DNA of 31,153 nucleotides from the NCBI GenBank assembly GCA_039679675.1, contig JBDKUN010000064.1, forward strand, positions 1-31,153. Reading direction: 5' to 3'. Shown here piece after piece: positions 10,552 through 19,539 of the stretch; position 1 is the stretch's first letter; each line of letters opens with the position of its first letter. Below the pieces are notes generated by a model. It did no database searches. It had not been told where the DNA came from and saw nothing but the letters and a program-made list of their open reading frames with translations. Position numbers and translations under genes: made by a program. The DNA comes from Armatimonadota bacterium (GTDB taxonomy: Bacteria > Armatimonadota > UBA5829 > DTLH01).

Positions 10552-11220
10552 ATGGAAAAGCAGATAATAACCCTCGATCAGATTCGGAAAGACGAAGATG
10601 TCAAAACTTATATATCAAAGGCTAACGAGCAGATGAATGCGCTCGGATATACGGAGCATGGGTTTCGTCATGCAGGGATTGTGGCAGAGATGGCGCGGAG
10701 CATCCCTATAAGCCTCGATCTGGAACCGAGACTTGCCGAGCTTGCTGCAATAGCAGGCTATCTCCATGACCTCGGAAATGCGATCAATCGTAACATCCAC
10801 TGCGAGACCGGGGCTATTATGGCTTTTTCAATCCTCACCCGTATGGGAATGCAGACGGAGGAGATCGGGACAGTCATCGCCGCTATCGGAAACCATGAGG
10901 AAGAACTCGGACAGCCAGTGTCGCAGGTAGGTGCGGCGCTGATCCTGGCGGACAAGGCAGATGTGCATCGCTCGCGTGTCCAGAACACAAACCCGCTGTC
11001 TTTCGACATCCACGACCGGGTAAACCATGCCGTGCAGCACTCGCAGCTCAGAGTCGATAATGACGCCAAGACGATCAATTTAGAACTGACGACCGACTCC
11101 CAGGCCGCAAGTGTGATGGAGTATTTCGAGATATTCCTCACAAGAATGTTGATGTGCCGTAGAGCCGCGGATTTCTTCGGATATAGGTTCAGACTAGTCA
11201 TAAACGGCAGGGATTTGTAG
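10552..11220 (+). CDS. HD domain-containing phosphohydrolase
   Basis: GYTEHG.RH, YLHDLGN..NR..H, IGNHEE, LILADKADVHRSRV and DIHDRVN; ATG 10552 follows AAGGA. Confidence 0.85.
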   Translation: MEKQIITLDQIRKDEDVKTYISKANEQMNALGYTEHGFRHAGIVAEMARSIPISLDLEPRLAELAAIAGYLHDLGNAINRNIHCETGAIMAFSILTRMGMQTEEIGTVIAAIGNHEEELGQPVSQVGAALILADKADVHRSRVQNTNPLSFDIHDRVNHAVQHSQLRVDNDAKTINLELTTDSQAASVMEYFEIFLTRMLMCRRAADFFGYRFRLVINGRDL

Positions 11221-11230
11221 AATTTGAAAA

Positions 11231-11460
11231 GTAGTGGCCGGGTCCCTCCTGGCCTTTTTATCGGCATTCTCTATCTGTCGTCTTTTTTTATACTTCGGCG
11301 CGTATTTTGCGCCGAAGTCAACCTATCGAATTGGTGGAGACTTGTGCTTCTCCCCGTGGTCCCGAAGCATACAAAAAGATAGCAGGGACATGGATCCCCC
11401 GGTCCATCAGAATCGCGGCAGCAAAGCTGCCGATGGCCGGGACGGAGCCCGGCCACTACA
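11231..11460. repeat. REPIN-like cluster: inverted GTAG-footed REP pair enclosing further hairpins
   Basis: GTAGTGGCCGGGTCCCTCCTGGCC (11231-11254) and inverted TGGCCGGGACGGAGCCCGGCCACTAC (11434-11459); internal hairpins at 11292-11318, 11345-11369, 11391-11406 and 11416-11432. Confidence 0.75.
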
Positions 11461-11469
11461 TTCCAAGCT

Positions 11470-11500
11470 AAAAAAGCCGGAGTTCGAAAACTCCGGCTTT
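11470..11500 (-). terminator. Intrinsic terminator of RRM gene
   Basis: AAAGCCGGAG...CTCCGGCTTT stem followed by a U-run on the minus strand. Confidence 0.75.
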
Positions 11501-11513
11501 CTAAATTCGCGAT

Positions 11514-11837
11514 TTACCAGCGTCGTCCGCCGCCACCGCCATAGCCGCCGCCGCGACCACCGCCACCGCCGTAGCCGCCACGACCGCCGCCGCCACGTCC
11601 ACCTTCGGTGCGCGGTCTGGCTTCGTTAACTGTCAGTGTTCTGCCGCCAAACTCTTTGCCGTTTGTGGCATCGATGGCTGCCTGAACGTTTTCCTCAGGA
11701 ATCTCAACGAACCCGAACCCCTTGTCGCCGATGATTCTTACTTCGGCTATCGGGCCATACGGCTCGAACAGGGAACGAATATCGTTCTCTGTGGTGCTGT
11801 AGGACATATTTCCTACATAAAGTGATTTGTTGGCCAA
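11514..11837 (-). CDS. RRM RNA-binding protein with Gly/Arg-rich tail
   Basis: RNP2 LYVGNM, RNP1 KGFGFVEI, GR.L.VNEARPR, RGG/YGG tail; TTG start after AAGGAAGG. Confidence 0.93.
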   Translation of the reverse strand: MANKSLYVGNMSYSTTENDIRSLFEPYGPIAEVRIIGDKGFGFVEIPEENVQAAIDATNGKEFGGRTLTVNEARPRTEGGRGGGGRGGYGGGGGRGGGYGGGGGRRW

Positions 11838-11987
11838 TTCTTGCCTTCCTTCTGGGAATATCCCTTAGATTCTCAACGATAAGCACGAGGCATGAATGCC
11901 GTAACGGGGATCCGATCAGTCGCAGAAGGTACTAGCAATCCACGGATACGAAAACACCGGTGCCGGGCGTTGATTTTAGCCAAAGAC

Positions 11988-12016
11988 AGTATACCCACAT
12001 AAATGAATATATGCAA
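11988..12016 (-). promoter_or_regulatory. Sigma70-type promoter for RRM gene, giving a 5'UTR of about 145 nt
   Basis: Minus strand TTGCAT-17 nt-TATACT. Confidence 0.55.
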
Positions 12017-12069
12017 CCTGTATTTTTATATTATTCTGATAAATTTTCAAAGGATATATGAAACTCTGC

Positions 12070-13383
12070 TCAATCAGGACTGTTATTGATCTGCTGAAGA
12101 GCCGTAATTGCGCGTTCTATCAGCTTTGCGCGGCGGGAATCATCCTTCTTTTCGTGCGGGACAAGAGGCGGCAGAATACCAAAATTCACGTTCATAGGCT
12201 GGAAAGGCTCGACTTCGGTGCTGGATATATACTTGAGAAGCGCTCCGAGCATCGTTTCTTCCGGCAGCACGAGCAATTCCTTACCGTGGACAAGCCGGGC
12301 GGCGTTAATTCCTGCAATTATTCCAGATGCGGCGGACTCCATATATCCTTCTACTCCGGTCAACTGCCCTGCGAAGAATATTTCCGGGTCGGACTTGAGC
12401 TGCAGGGTGGGGGAGAGGAGGCGCGGTGAATCGATATATGTATTTCTGTGAATCTGACCGAGCCGGGCGAATTTTGCGTTTTCAAGTCCGGGTATCATCC
12501 TGAAGACCCGTTCCTGATCGGGCCATTTGAGCCTTGTTTGGAACCCCACAAGCCCGTAGACCGTACCTTCCACGTTTTCCTGCCGCAGTTGAACGACCGC
12601 GAAATACTTTTCACCAGTCTGAGGGTGACGCAGTCCCACCGGTTTCATCGGCCCGAATGCAAGGGTCTTTGGCCCTCTGGATGCCAGTTCCTCAATGGGA
12701 AGACACCCTTCATAGAACCGGACTTTCTTTTCGAATTCGTGAATGGGGGCCAATTCAGCCGAAAGGAGCGCATCTCTGAACTCGAAATACTGCTCTTTTG
12801 TGAAAGGACAGTTGAGATACGGCGTTCCCTTATCATACCTCGCGGCTGCAAAGCATATATCGCGGTTTATCGAATCGGCGTAAACTGACGGAGCGATGGC
12901 GTCGTAGAAGAACAGCCTGTCCATGCCTGTAATCCGCGCGATCTCGCTTGCGAGCGCATCCGATGTAAGCGGTCCTGTAGCTATTATGACCGGTCTGTCG
13001 GATGGAAGCTCCTTTATCTCTTCACGGCGCACTGTTATCCGGGGATGGTTTTCGATACGGTTGGTTACGAGTTCAGAGAACCGCTCCCGGTCTACTGCGA
13101 GTGCCTGGCCTGCTGGGACGCGAGTCTCGTCTGCACAGGGGAGGAGTATCGACCCGAGCTGGCGCATTTCCTTTTTGAGCACACCATGGGTCGATGTCGG
13201 CGACTCGGACTTTAGCGAATTGCTGCAGACCAGTTCTGCTAACCGTCCTGATTCGTGCGCCGGGGTCATCGCGACTGGCCGCATCTCGTAAAGCAGCACA
13301 TCTACGCCGCGTTCTGCTGCCTGCCAGGCTGCCTCACACCCTGCAAGCCCTCCACCTATAATTGTTATCGAATGCAAATCCAT
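12070..13383 (-). CDS. trmFO: FAD/folate-dependent tRNA (m5U54) methyltransferase TrmFO
   Basis: [55 protein letters not shown] and [15 protein letters not shown]. Confidence 0.95.
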   Translation of the reverse strand: MDLHSITIIGGGLAGCEAAWQAAERGVDVLLYEMRPVAMTPAHESGRLAELVCSNSLKSESPTSTHGVLKKEMRQLGSILLPCADETRVPAGQALAVDRERFSELVTNRIENHPRITVRREEIKELPSDRPVIIATGPLTSDALASEIARITGMDRLFFYDAIAPSVYADSINRDICFAAARYDKGTPYLNCPFTKEQYFEFRDALLSAELAPIHEFEKKVRFYEGCLPIEELASRGPKTLAFGPMKPVGLRHPQTGEKYFAVVQLRQENVEGTVYGLVGFQTRLKWPDQERVFRMIPGLENAKFARLGQIHRNTYIDSPRLLSPTLQLKSDPEIFFAGQLTGVEGYMESAASGIIAGINAARLVHGKELLVLPEETMLGALLKYISSTEVEPFQPMNVNFGILPPLVPHEKKDDSRRAKLIERAITALQQINNSPD

Positions 13384-13384
13384 A

Positions 13385-14284
13385 CTACCTGCCTGCTGTG
13401 TTTAATATCGAGTTGATATCGATTATGTATCCGCCACCGGAGCCTGCCACACTCGGCAGATGTCCATCCCATTTGTCTATCCATTCACGGGCGATGACCT
13501 TGGAGCCGCCGGATACCTGCAGAGCGGCTGCATTCAGCTTGGCGGCTTCGGATATACCTTGAGCTTTCGTTATCTGGGTCTGTTTTTCCAGTTCAGCCTT
13601 CTGAAGGATATATTTTTGTTTTTCGGCTTCCTGCTGTGCAACCTGTTTCGATTCTATCGCAGCATTGAACTCAGGAGAGAAGTTGAAGTTGGTGATTGAC
13701 AGTCCTGCAGGCTCTACTATCAGGTCGTAAGCCCTCAATCTCCTTGTAATGTCTTCCTCAACCTCTGCCTTTACTGCAGCCCTGCTTTTGATCAATTGCT
13801 CTGCTGTGTATCTTGCGGTGACCATCTTGATCGATTCCTGAACAGCAGGATCGATTATCCGGTCTTTGTAATTTGTGCCTATGTTGCGGTACAGGTCACC
13901 GGCCTTTTTAGAATCTATGTGGAAGTTCAGCGCGAGCGAAGTCGTCACTATCTGAAGATCTTTTGATGCCGCGGTAGCTTCGCTGGACTCTTTCTGCGTC
14001 CTGACTTCCATCATCTCAACCCTATTGATATAGGGGACAATTATATGAATGCCTTCTGAAAGAACACCTTTTACGGCGGAAAACTGAAGCAGGACTCCTC
14101 TGTGCCCTGCAGGTACCTGAACGAGCGAAGCGGAAAGTATGCCGGCTACGATAAGAACGATTCCTGTAATACGCGCGGCCCAGGACCACGGTTTTAGATT
14201 GATGTGATCACCTGTTTCATTGTGGAAGTGAGTAAGCATAAAGGCTACTCCGATCAATATCAGTCCAAAGACAGCAATACCCAA
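13385..14284 (-). CDS. SPFH/prohibitin (band 7) family membrane protein
   Basis: Two TM helices, [11 protein letters not shown]...P, AASKDLQ and F..AIE.KQVAQQ coiled coil; GGGAGGT RBS before TTG. Confidence 0.9.
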   Translation of the reverse strand: MGIAVFGLILIGVAFMLTHFHNETGDHINLKPWSWAARITGIVLIVAGILSASLVQVPAGHRGVLLQFSAVKGVLSEGIHIIVPYINRVEMMEVRTQKESSEATAASKDLQIVTTSLALNFHIDSKKAGDLYRNIGTNYKDRIIDPAVQESIKMVTARYTAEQLIKSRAAVKAEVEEDITRRLRAYDLIVEPAGLSITNFNFSPEFNAAIESKQVAQQEAEKQKYILQKAELEKQTQITKAQGISEAAKLNAAALQVSGGSKVIAREWIDKWDGHLPSVAGSGGGYIIDINSILNTAGR

Positions 14285-14320
14285 CGCAATTACCTCCCCA
14301 GATTATTCAAGTTTGAAAGA

Positions 14321-14349
14321 AGTGTACAATGGCTGAGCTTGATTGTCAA
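14321..14349 (-). promoter_or_regulatory. Sigma70-type promoter for SPFH-trmFO
   Basis: Minus strand TTGACA-17 nt-TACACT. Confidence 0.65.
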
Positions 14350-14576
14350 TAAGATCGCAAAATGCCTGAAAACCTATTAGTTTTACGTTACGGTTTGCTT
14401 TCTACTGAGGATTCGAGGCACAACGGTTGAATTCCGTAACTTTACTGCATTTTTGTCTAACTCGTATTTGGAAATCCCGGCGAAAGTACGGAAGAACATT
14501 GATACTACAGAAAGTCGTGTCGCTGGGTTCTGAGCCGCCCAGACTAAGAATTGGTAGAAGGAGATACCTACAGATC

Positions 14577-15536
14577 ATGACCAGACATGCGGGACGAGAT
14601 GTGATACACCGGTGGGAAGGGAATCCAATGATTACAGTGGAGGATATTCCGTTTCACTGTAATTCGGTGTTCAACGCCGCCGCCGTAATGTATAACCACC
14701 AATATCTGCTTATGCTTCGTGTGGAGGACTTGAAAGGAAGATCTGTTTTCGCACTGGCACGCAGTAATGATGGTTTTCATTTCACGGTTGAATCCGAACC
14801 GGCCATGGCTCCGTCAGATGAGGAGCCGTTCAAAACCTATGAATCCCGAGGGATAGAAGACCCACGGATCAGCCTGATTGATGATACTTACTATATCATG
14901 TATACGGCATATTCTCCCTATGGTGCGTGCCTTGCCTTGGCGACTACAAAGGATTTTGAGCATTTTAAACGAATAGGCGTAATTTCCGAACCTGAAAATA
15001 AGGACGGTGTATTGTTTCCGAAGAAAATCGGGGGCAGATATATCCGTTTGGACCGGCCGCTCGGAGGAGGAGTCGGAAATATCTGGTTGTCATACTCCAA
15101 GGATCTGATCCACTGGGGTGACTCCCGTGTTGTGATGACCACGAGAGGCGGTTATTGGGATGCGGACAGGATCGGCGCTTCCGCGCCGCCTATAGAGACG
15201 CCTCAGGGATGGCTTGAGATCTATCACGGCGTCAAATGCACATCCGGCGGGCCGGTTTACCGGCTCGGAGCCGTGCTGCTAGATCTTGAAGATCCGTCGC
15301 AGGTGATCGGACGGTCTGCAGTGCCGATTTTATCCCCGCGTGAATACTACGAGCGGATCGGCGATATAGGAAACGTTGTTTTCTCATGTGGAGCTGTCCG
15401 CAGCGAGTTTAACGGCAGTCTAAAAGTCTATTACGGCGCAGGCGATACATGTATCTGTGTAGGAACGACGACTGTTGATGCACTCGTGCAGTGTTGTATA
15501 GAAGATTTGGAAACAGAGCTGGCGTTGTCCGCTTGA
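14577..15536 (+). CDS. Second glycoside hydrolase family 130 protein
   Basis: R.EGNP.I, SVFNAAA, GIEDPR, ENKDGVLFP.KI, RIG, IYHGV, P.EYYERIG.IGNVVFSCG and YYGAGD; start ATG 14577 after AAGGAG. Confidence 0.9.
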   Translation: MTRHAGRDVIHRWEGNPMITVEDIPFHCNSVFNAAAVMYNHQYLLMLRVEDLKGRSVFALARSNDGFHFTVESEPAMAPSDEEPFKTYESRGIEDPRISLIDDTYYIMYTAYSPYGACLALATTKDFEHFKRIGVISEPENKDGVLFPKKIGGRYIRLDRPLGGGVGNIWLSYSKDLIHWGDSRVVMTTRGGYWDADRIGASAPPIETPQGWLEIYHGVKCTSGGPVYRLGAVLLDLEDPSQVIGRSAVPILSPREYYERIGDIGNVVFSCGAVRSEFNGSLKVYYGAGDTCICVGTTTVDALVQCCIEDLETELALSA

Positions 15537-15597
15537 TGTTTCCTTGAACAGGCGATAGAGAATAAGAATCTTCGCTCTCCTATGTCTCAATCAACTT

Positions 15598-15634
15598 AAA
15601 GCCCCTGGTTTTGTAAGCCAGGGGCGTTTTTTTT
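15598..15634 (+). terminator. Intrinsic terminator
   Basis: GCCCCTGG...CCAGGGGC stem followed by a T-run. Confidence 0.7.
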
Positions 15635-15683
15635 AGCTATCAGCCGATGCTCTATGGGTATATACACTCCAGGGGTTGGACGG

Positions 15684-17399
15684 ATGAGAAAAGAAGAAGT
15701 AGTCGAAATGCTGAATGACATAGCAGATATGCTTGAAATGAAGGGCGAATCGGCGTTCAGAGTGCGTGCTTACAGGGAAGCAGCACGCCGGCTTGAGTCG
15801 CTTGAGGAGGATATAACTGTCCTTGCGGTTCAGGGACGGCTGACGGACATACAAGGGATCGGTGAGAGCATCGCCGGAAAGATCACGGAGTATGTGACCA
15901 CCGGCAGATCGACCTATAGGGACCAACTCGCAAAGACACTTCCGGTAGGCTTGTCCGAGATCCTGGCAATTCCCGGAGTCGGAGCGAAGAAAGCCAAGAT
16001 ATTCTATGACAACCTCGGCATATCGACTGTGGATGAGCTTGAGGAAGCTGCAAAAGCCCATAAACTGAGAGAACTTCCCAATATCAGAGAAAAAACAGAG
16101 CAGAACGTGCTGGAAGGTATCCGCCGGTTGAAGCAGCAGACAGGCAGGCTGCTGCTCGGTGTGGCTTTGCCCGCTGCTGAGGAGATAATTCGCCAACTTC
16201 GATCAGAATCCTCAGTCGAGCGGATTGATGTAGGCGGAAGCATCCGCCGGATGCAGGAGACCATCGGAGATATTGATATTCTCGTTTCGTCATCCACCCC
16301 CAAAGAAGCAATTGAAGCATTCACCAATCTTCCTGCGGCAAAATCCGTCATAGCAAAGGGGAAAACCAAGGCGAGTGTCCTTACTCACCAGGACTTGCAG
16401 ATCGACCTTCGAGTCGTCTCACCGGACGATTGGGGCGCGGCGCTTCAGTATTTCACAGGTTCCAAAGATCACAATATCAGGTTGCGGTCTATTGCTGAAT
16501 CCAGAGGCTTGAAAATCAGTGAATACGGCATCTTCAGGGTCGATACAGGTGAGAAACTGGCCGGACGGGAAGAATGCGAGATCTACGAGACTCTCGGAAT
16601 GGCCTGCATGCCGCCGGAACTACGTACGGCAACAGGTGAGATCGAGGCCGCGATGGAGGGCAGGCTGCCAGAGTTGATCGAGCTTTCCGATATACGAGGC
16701 GACCTGCACGCGCACACCAACTGGAGCGACGGCGCGAACCCTATTGAGGCAATGGCCGAAGCTGCAATGGCGCTGGGCTACGAGTATCTGGCGATATCCG
16801 ATCACTCGGTTTCGATGGGGTTCATCCATGGCCTTTCGACAGACAGAGTCCGCGAGCAGCGGCGGATTATCGATGAACTGAACGGCACCTACGATGGTTT
16901 CAGGCTCCTTCAGGGGATCGAGGTGAATATTCGAGGCGACGGAAGGCTGGATTACGATGATGATGTCCTTGCGCGCTTCGATGTCGTAACTGCATCCATC
17001 CACAGTGGGCTAGGCCAGCCAATGGAGGTTATTACCGCCCGATTGCTTTCGGCAATTCGGAACCCACATGTCGACATTATCGGCCATCCGACAGGCAGGT
17101 TGATCGGCAGGCGCGATCCATCTGATTTCGACCGCGATACTGTCTTCAAAGCTGCTGCGGAGACAGGGACAGCGCTTGAGATCAACTCGCAGCCGGATAG
17201 ACTGGACCTGAAAGACATCGATGTCCGCCATGCCAAAAACCTGGGCGCTGATTTAGCGATAAACTCGGATGCCCATACCACGACGCAGCTGGAAGGGATC
17301 AGATATGGTGTTGCGACAGCCAGAAGAGGATGGGTAGAAAAGGGCAGGGTGCTGAACACTCTGCCCTTGGACGCATTACTTGATCGGCTTAGCCGGTGA
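15684..17399 (+). CDS. polX: DNA polymerase X / PHP 3'-5' exonuclease
   Basis: FRVRAY, HhH motifs (IQGIGESI, IPGVGAKK), GSIRR..ETIGDIDIL, YFTGSK.HN; PHP motifs DLHAHT.WSDG, SDHS, GHPTGR, EIN and NSDAH. Confidence 0.95.
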   Translation: MRKEEVVEMLNDIADMLEMKGESAFRVRAYREAARRLESLEEDITVLAVQGRLTDIQGIGESIAGKITEYVTTGRSTYRDQLAKTLPVGLSEILAIPGVGAKKAKIFYDNLGISTVDELEEAAKAHKLRELPNIREKTEQNVLEGIRRLKQQTGRLLLGVALPAAEEIIRQLRSESSVERIDVGGSIRRMQETIGDIDILVSSSTPKEAIEAFTNLPAAKSVIAKGKTKASVLTHQDLQIDLRVVSPDDWGAALQYFTGSKDHNIRLRSIAESRGLKISEYGIFRVDTGEKLAGREECEIYETLGMACMPPELRTATGEIEAAMEGRLPELIELSDIRGDLHAHTNWSDGANPIEAMAEAAMALGYEYLAISDHSVSMGFIHGLSTDRVREQRRIIDELNGTYDGFRLLQGIEVNIRGDGRLDYDDDVLARFDVVTASIHSGLGQPMEVITARLLSAIRNPHVDIIGHPTGRLIGRRDPSDFDRDTVFKAAAETGTALEINSQPDRLDLKDIDVRHAKNLGADLAINSDAHTTTQLEGIRYGVATARRGWVEKGRVLNTLPLDALLDRLSR

Positions 17400-17840
17400 T
17401 TACACTCTTTGACGCGCCGGTACAGGACTTAGTGCTATAACGAGGAATATGAAACCAATCGCGAACCTTACCGCTCCCGATATGTAATTTATTATTCGTC
17501 TGGTGCGCTCCGGCTGCGTATATATCAGGCTGTTGACGGTATCTCGGAAAAGATCCGGCATAATGACTATTAATATTCCGGCTATGAACGCCAATGCACC
17601 TATGACTAGAACAAACCAACTGAGTTGTACCAGCTGGGTTATTCCAATGTATAACAGAAACACACCCAGAACAATTGTCAGAGCACCCAGAATATAGATT
17701 TCATGTGGTGGTGGACCGAACGGGTTTCCGACGATATAGGGCCGCCAGATGTTCAGTGTAGCATCAGGCGCCAAAATTTGTGAAACGCCGACAACCATTG
17801 CCAATATACCGATTATAGCTAATATGACTTTTGCTGCCAT
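17400..17840 (-). CDS. Hypothetical four-helix membrane protein
   Basis: 146 aa with four hydrophobic segments; 17 nt downstream of the acidic-protein gene. Confidence 0.7.
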   Translation of the reverse strand: MAAKVILAIIGILAMVVGVSQILAPDATLNIWRPYIVGNPFGPPPHEIYILGALTIVLGVFLLYIGITQLVQLSWFVLVIGALAFIAGILIVIMPDLFRDTVNSLIYTQPERTRRIINYISGAVRFAIGFIFLVIALSPVPARQRV

Positions 17841-17857
17841 TTCATTTCACCAATCTG

Positions 17858-18538
17858 CTATTCGTCGCCCGCGACTTCCATTTCATCGGCTTCAGCCAGG
17901 CGAAGGGCTGCACGCGCCGTTTCAGGATCGACTTCTCCTCCGAACTTGTCGGCGATAGATGTGTTTGCTTCGTCCGATTCACTTTGCATCGCACTTTCCA
18001 TCTCTTCAGAATGCTGCTCACGTTTCCGTCTTGGTGTTTGGATTTCTTCGCTTGTCTCCTCCTCTGCTCTAAAGCCTTTAGGCATTTGGGAAACCATTGT
18101 ATCCTCATTGATTATGTCATCCGTATCCAGACCGCCGATTTGATCTATCTGCTCTTCTGCAACTTCATCCTCGTCCTCGAGATTCGTGGTCAGCGCATCG
18201 TCATAATCGTCCTCATAATCGGATGGAAGCATTTCCTCTTCGCTATCGGTCCAGTCTATGTCTATTTCATCCTCTCTTGGAGTGTCCATCAGCTCGACAT
18301 CCGCATTCGGGTCCTTTTTACGCTTGGGATGGGGAAATGTGAGTGCGTCGTCCACATCCAGGTCTTCAGGTATTTCGAAATCCTTTTCTGCCGAATCGAT
18401 GTCCTTTGCTAGATGGGAAGTTCCTCCGCTTCGCGCCTCTATAATATCGTCGAGGTTTTCGACGTTGTCATGATCATGTCTAAGTCTATCGTCAGGCATA
18501 TCAGTCTCCATTAGTACAGTATAATCGGGCTTATCCAA
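17858..18538 (-). CDS. Highly acidic, probably disordered hypothetical protein
   Basis: About one third Asp/Glu by manual count (roughly 76 of 226); start uncertain (TTG 18538 or ATG 18511). Confidence 0.75.
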   Translation of the reverse strand: MDKPDYTVLMETDMPDDRLRHDHDNVENLDDIIEARSGGTSHLAKDIDSAEKDFEIPEDLDVDDALTFPHPKRKKDPNADVELMDTPREDEIDIDWTDSEEEMLPSDYEDDYDDALTTNLEDEDEVAEEQIDQIGGLDTDDIINEDTMVSQMPKGFRAEEETSEEIQTPRRKREQHSEEMESAMQSESDEANTSIADKFGGEVDPETARAALRLAEADEMEVAGDE

Positions 18539-18552
18539 GCCTCATATAAAGT

Positions 18553-18578
18553 GTACCCTGGGCCGATTTTACGTAAAC
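18553..18578 (-). promoter_or_regulatory. SigB/SigF-type promoter
   Basis: Minus strand GTTTAC-14 nt-GGGTAC. Confidence 0.5.
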
Positions 18579-18615
18579 TGAGCAGGCGTGAGGGAATAAG
18601 ATGGGATGGAGAGAT

Positions 18616-19110
18616 TTATTCCGGCAGGTTCTTATACCACTTTACAATTGCTGCAGCGGTCATTGCAGTATAAACAGACATAATCAGAATAAGATAAGCG
18701 AATATAATGTTTTGGGGATCATCGCCTGCTTTACTCAACCAGGGCCAGCCAAGTTTGGAGAGATGATTATGCAGCAATCCCATTAGTATAAGCGATGCCA
18801 AAAGGCCAAACCCAAAGATAATATTGCGTATCGGGCTTTTATCTTTTCCAGACGTAAGGTACCTGATCCAGCTTTGCCTGCCTGGAGTTTCAGCAAGTTC
18901 CGCCAGCCTGTTCAATAAAGGACGTCTGTATAAAAGTGACAGAATCAATCCCGTTAGTATGCCGAGCAGTATTTCCAGAACGCCCAGGTGGAACTTGGGC
19001 ATAAAGAATTGGATCTTTATGATACCGGCGATGAAAAACGTCGGCAGAACATACACAACAGGCGGCTTTAGCGGAAACGGGACACCGGATTTTTTGTGTT
19101 GATTTTCCAC
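18616..19110 (-). CDS. Hypothetical multi-pass membrane protein
   Basis: Four hydrophobic segments; probable GTG start 19110 after AAGGA. Confidence 0.6.
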   Translation of the reverse strand: MENQHKKSGVPFPLKPPVVYVLPTFFIAGIIKIQFFMPKFHLGVLEILLGILTGLILSLLYRRPLLNRLAELAETPGRQSWIRYLTSGKDKSPIRNIIFGFGLLASLILMGLLHNHLSKLGWPWLSKAGDDPQNIIFAYLILIMSVYTAMTAAAIVKWYKNLPE

Positions 19111-19204
19111 GTGCAATTCCTTTCGATAAAGGCTGCTTTGTTGCATCGGATAGGCCCGAAAGACAATGGAATGGCGTTATATTGCTTCTCGACACCTGCG
19201 GTGT

Positions 19205-19535
19205 CGGCTTCGGTGGCAAGCAAACCGAAAACGTCATGCTGAACTAAGGAGTTTCAGGTAATACCTGAAACTCTCCCGGAAGATTTTTGGCCAAACTGGG
19301 CTTATCCACTTTGCGAATAAGCCCTAGCCGAAAATCCATAGATTCAGCATCCAGGAAAATTTACTAAATTGTGGAGAATTCCTGCTTCGGGACGAACTGC
19401 GGTCCCGAAGCAAAATGATTTGCAGGAAAACGCCGTGAATATCTATCATTCGCGAAATCCGCTCAATCCGCGTAATTCGCGTTTCAAAAGAGAAAGCCGA
19501 TAGAAAAGCGGAAGCTAGCGCTTCCGCACTCCAAA
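19205..19535. repeat. Cluster of nested REP-like palindromes downstream of leuS
   Basis: GTCATGCTGAAC..GATTCAGCATCC interrupted by two further hairpin layers (19231-19359); TGCTTCGGGAC..GTCCCGAAGCA (19383-19412); 9-nt periodic ATYCGCG tract (19448-19488); GGAG-footed GCGGAAGC..GCTTCCGCACTCCA (19508-19533). Confidence 0.8.
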
Positions 19536-19539
19536 GAAA

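Noticed and set aside
11520..11600. CCG-rich tandem repeat
   Set aside because: It simply encodes the Gly/Arg tail of the RRM protein.
14427..14576. 50-aa N-terminal extension of the second GH130
   Set aside because: No similarity to the paralogue; the AAGGAG RBS points to ATG 14577.
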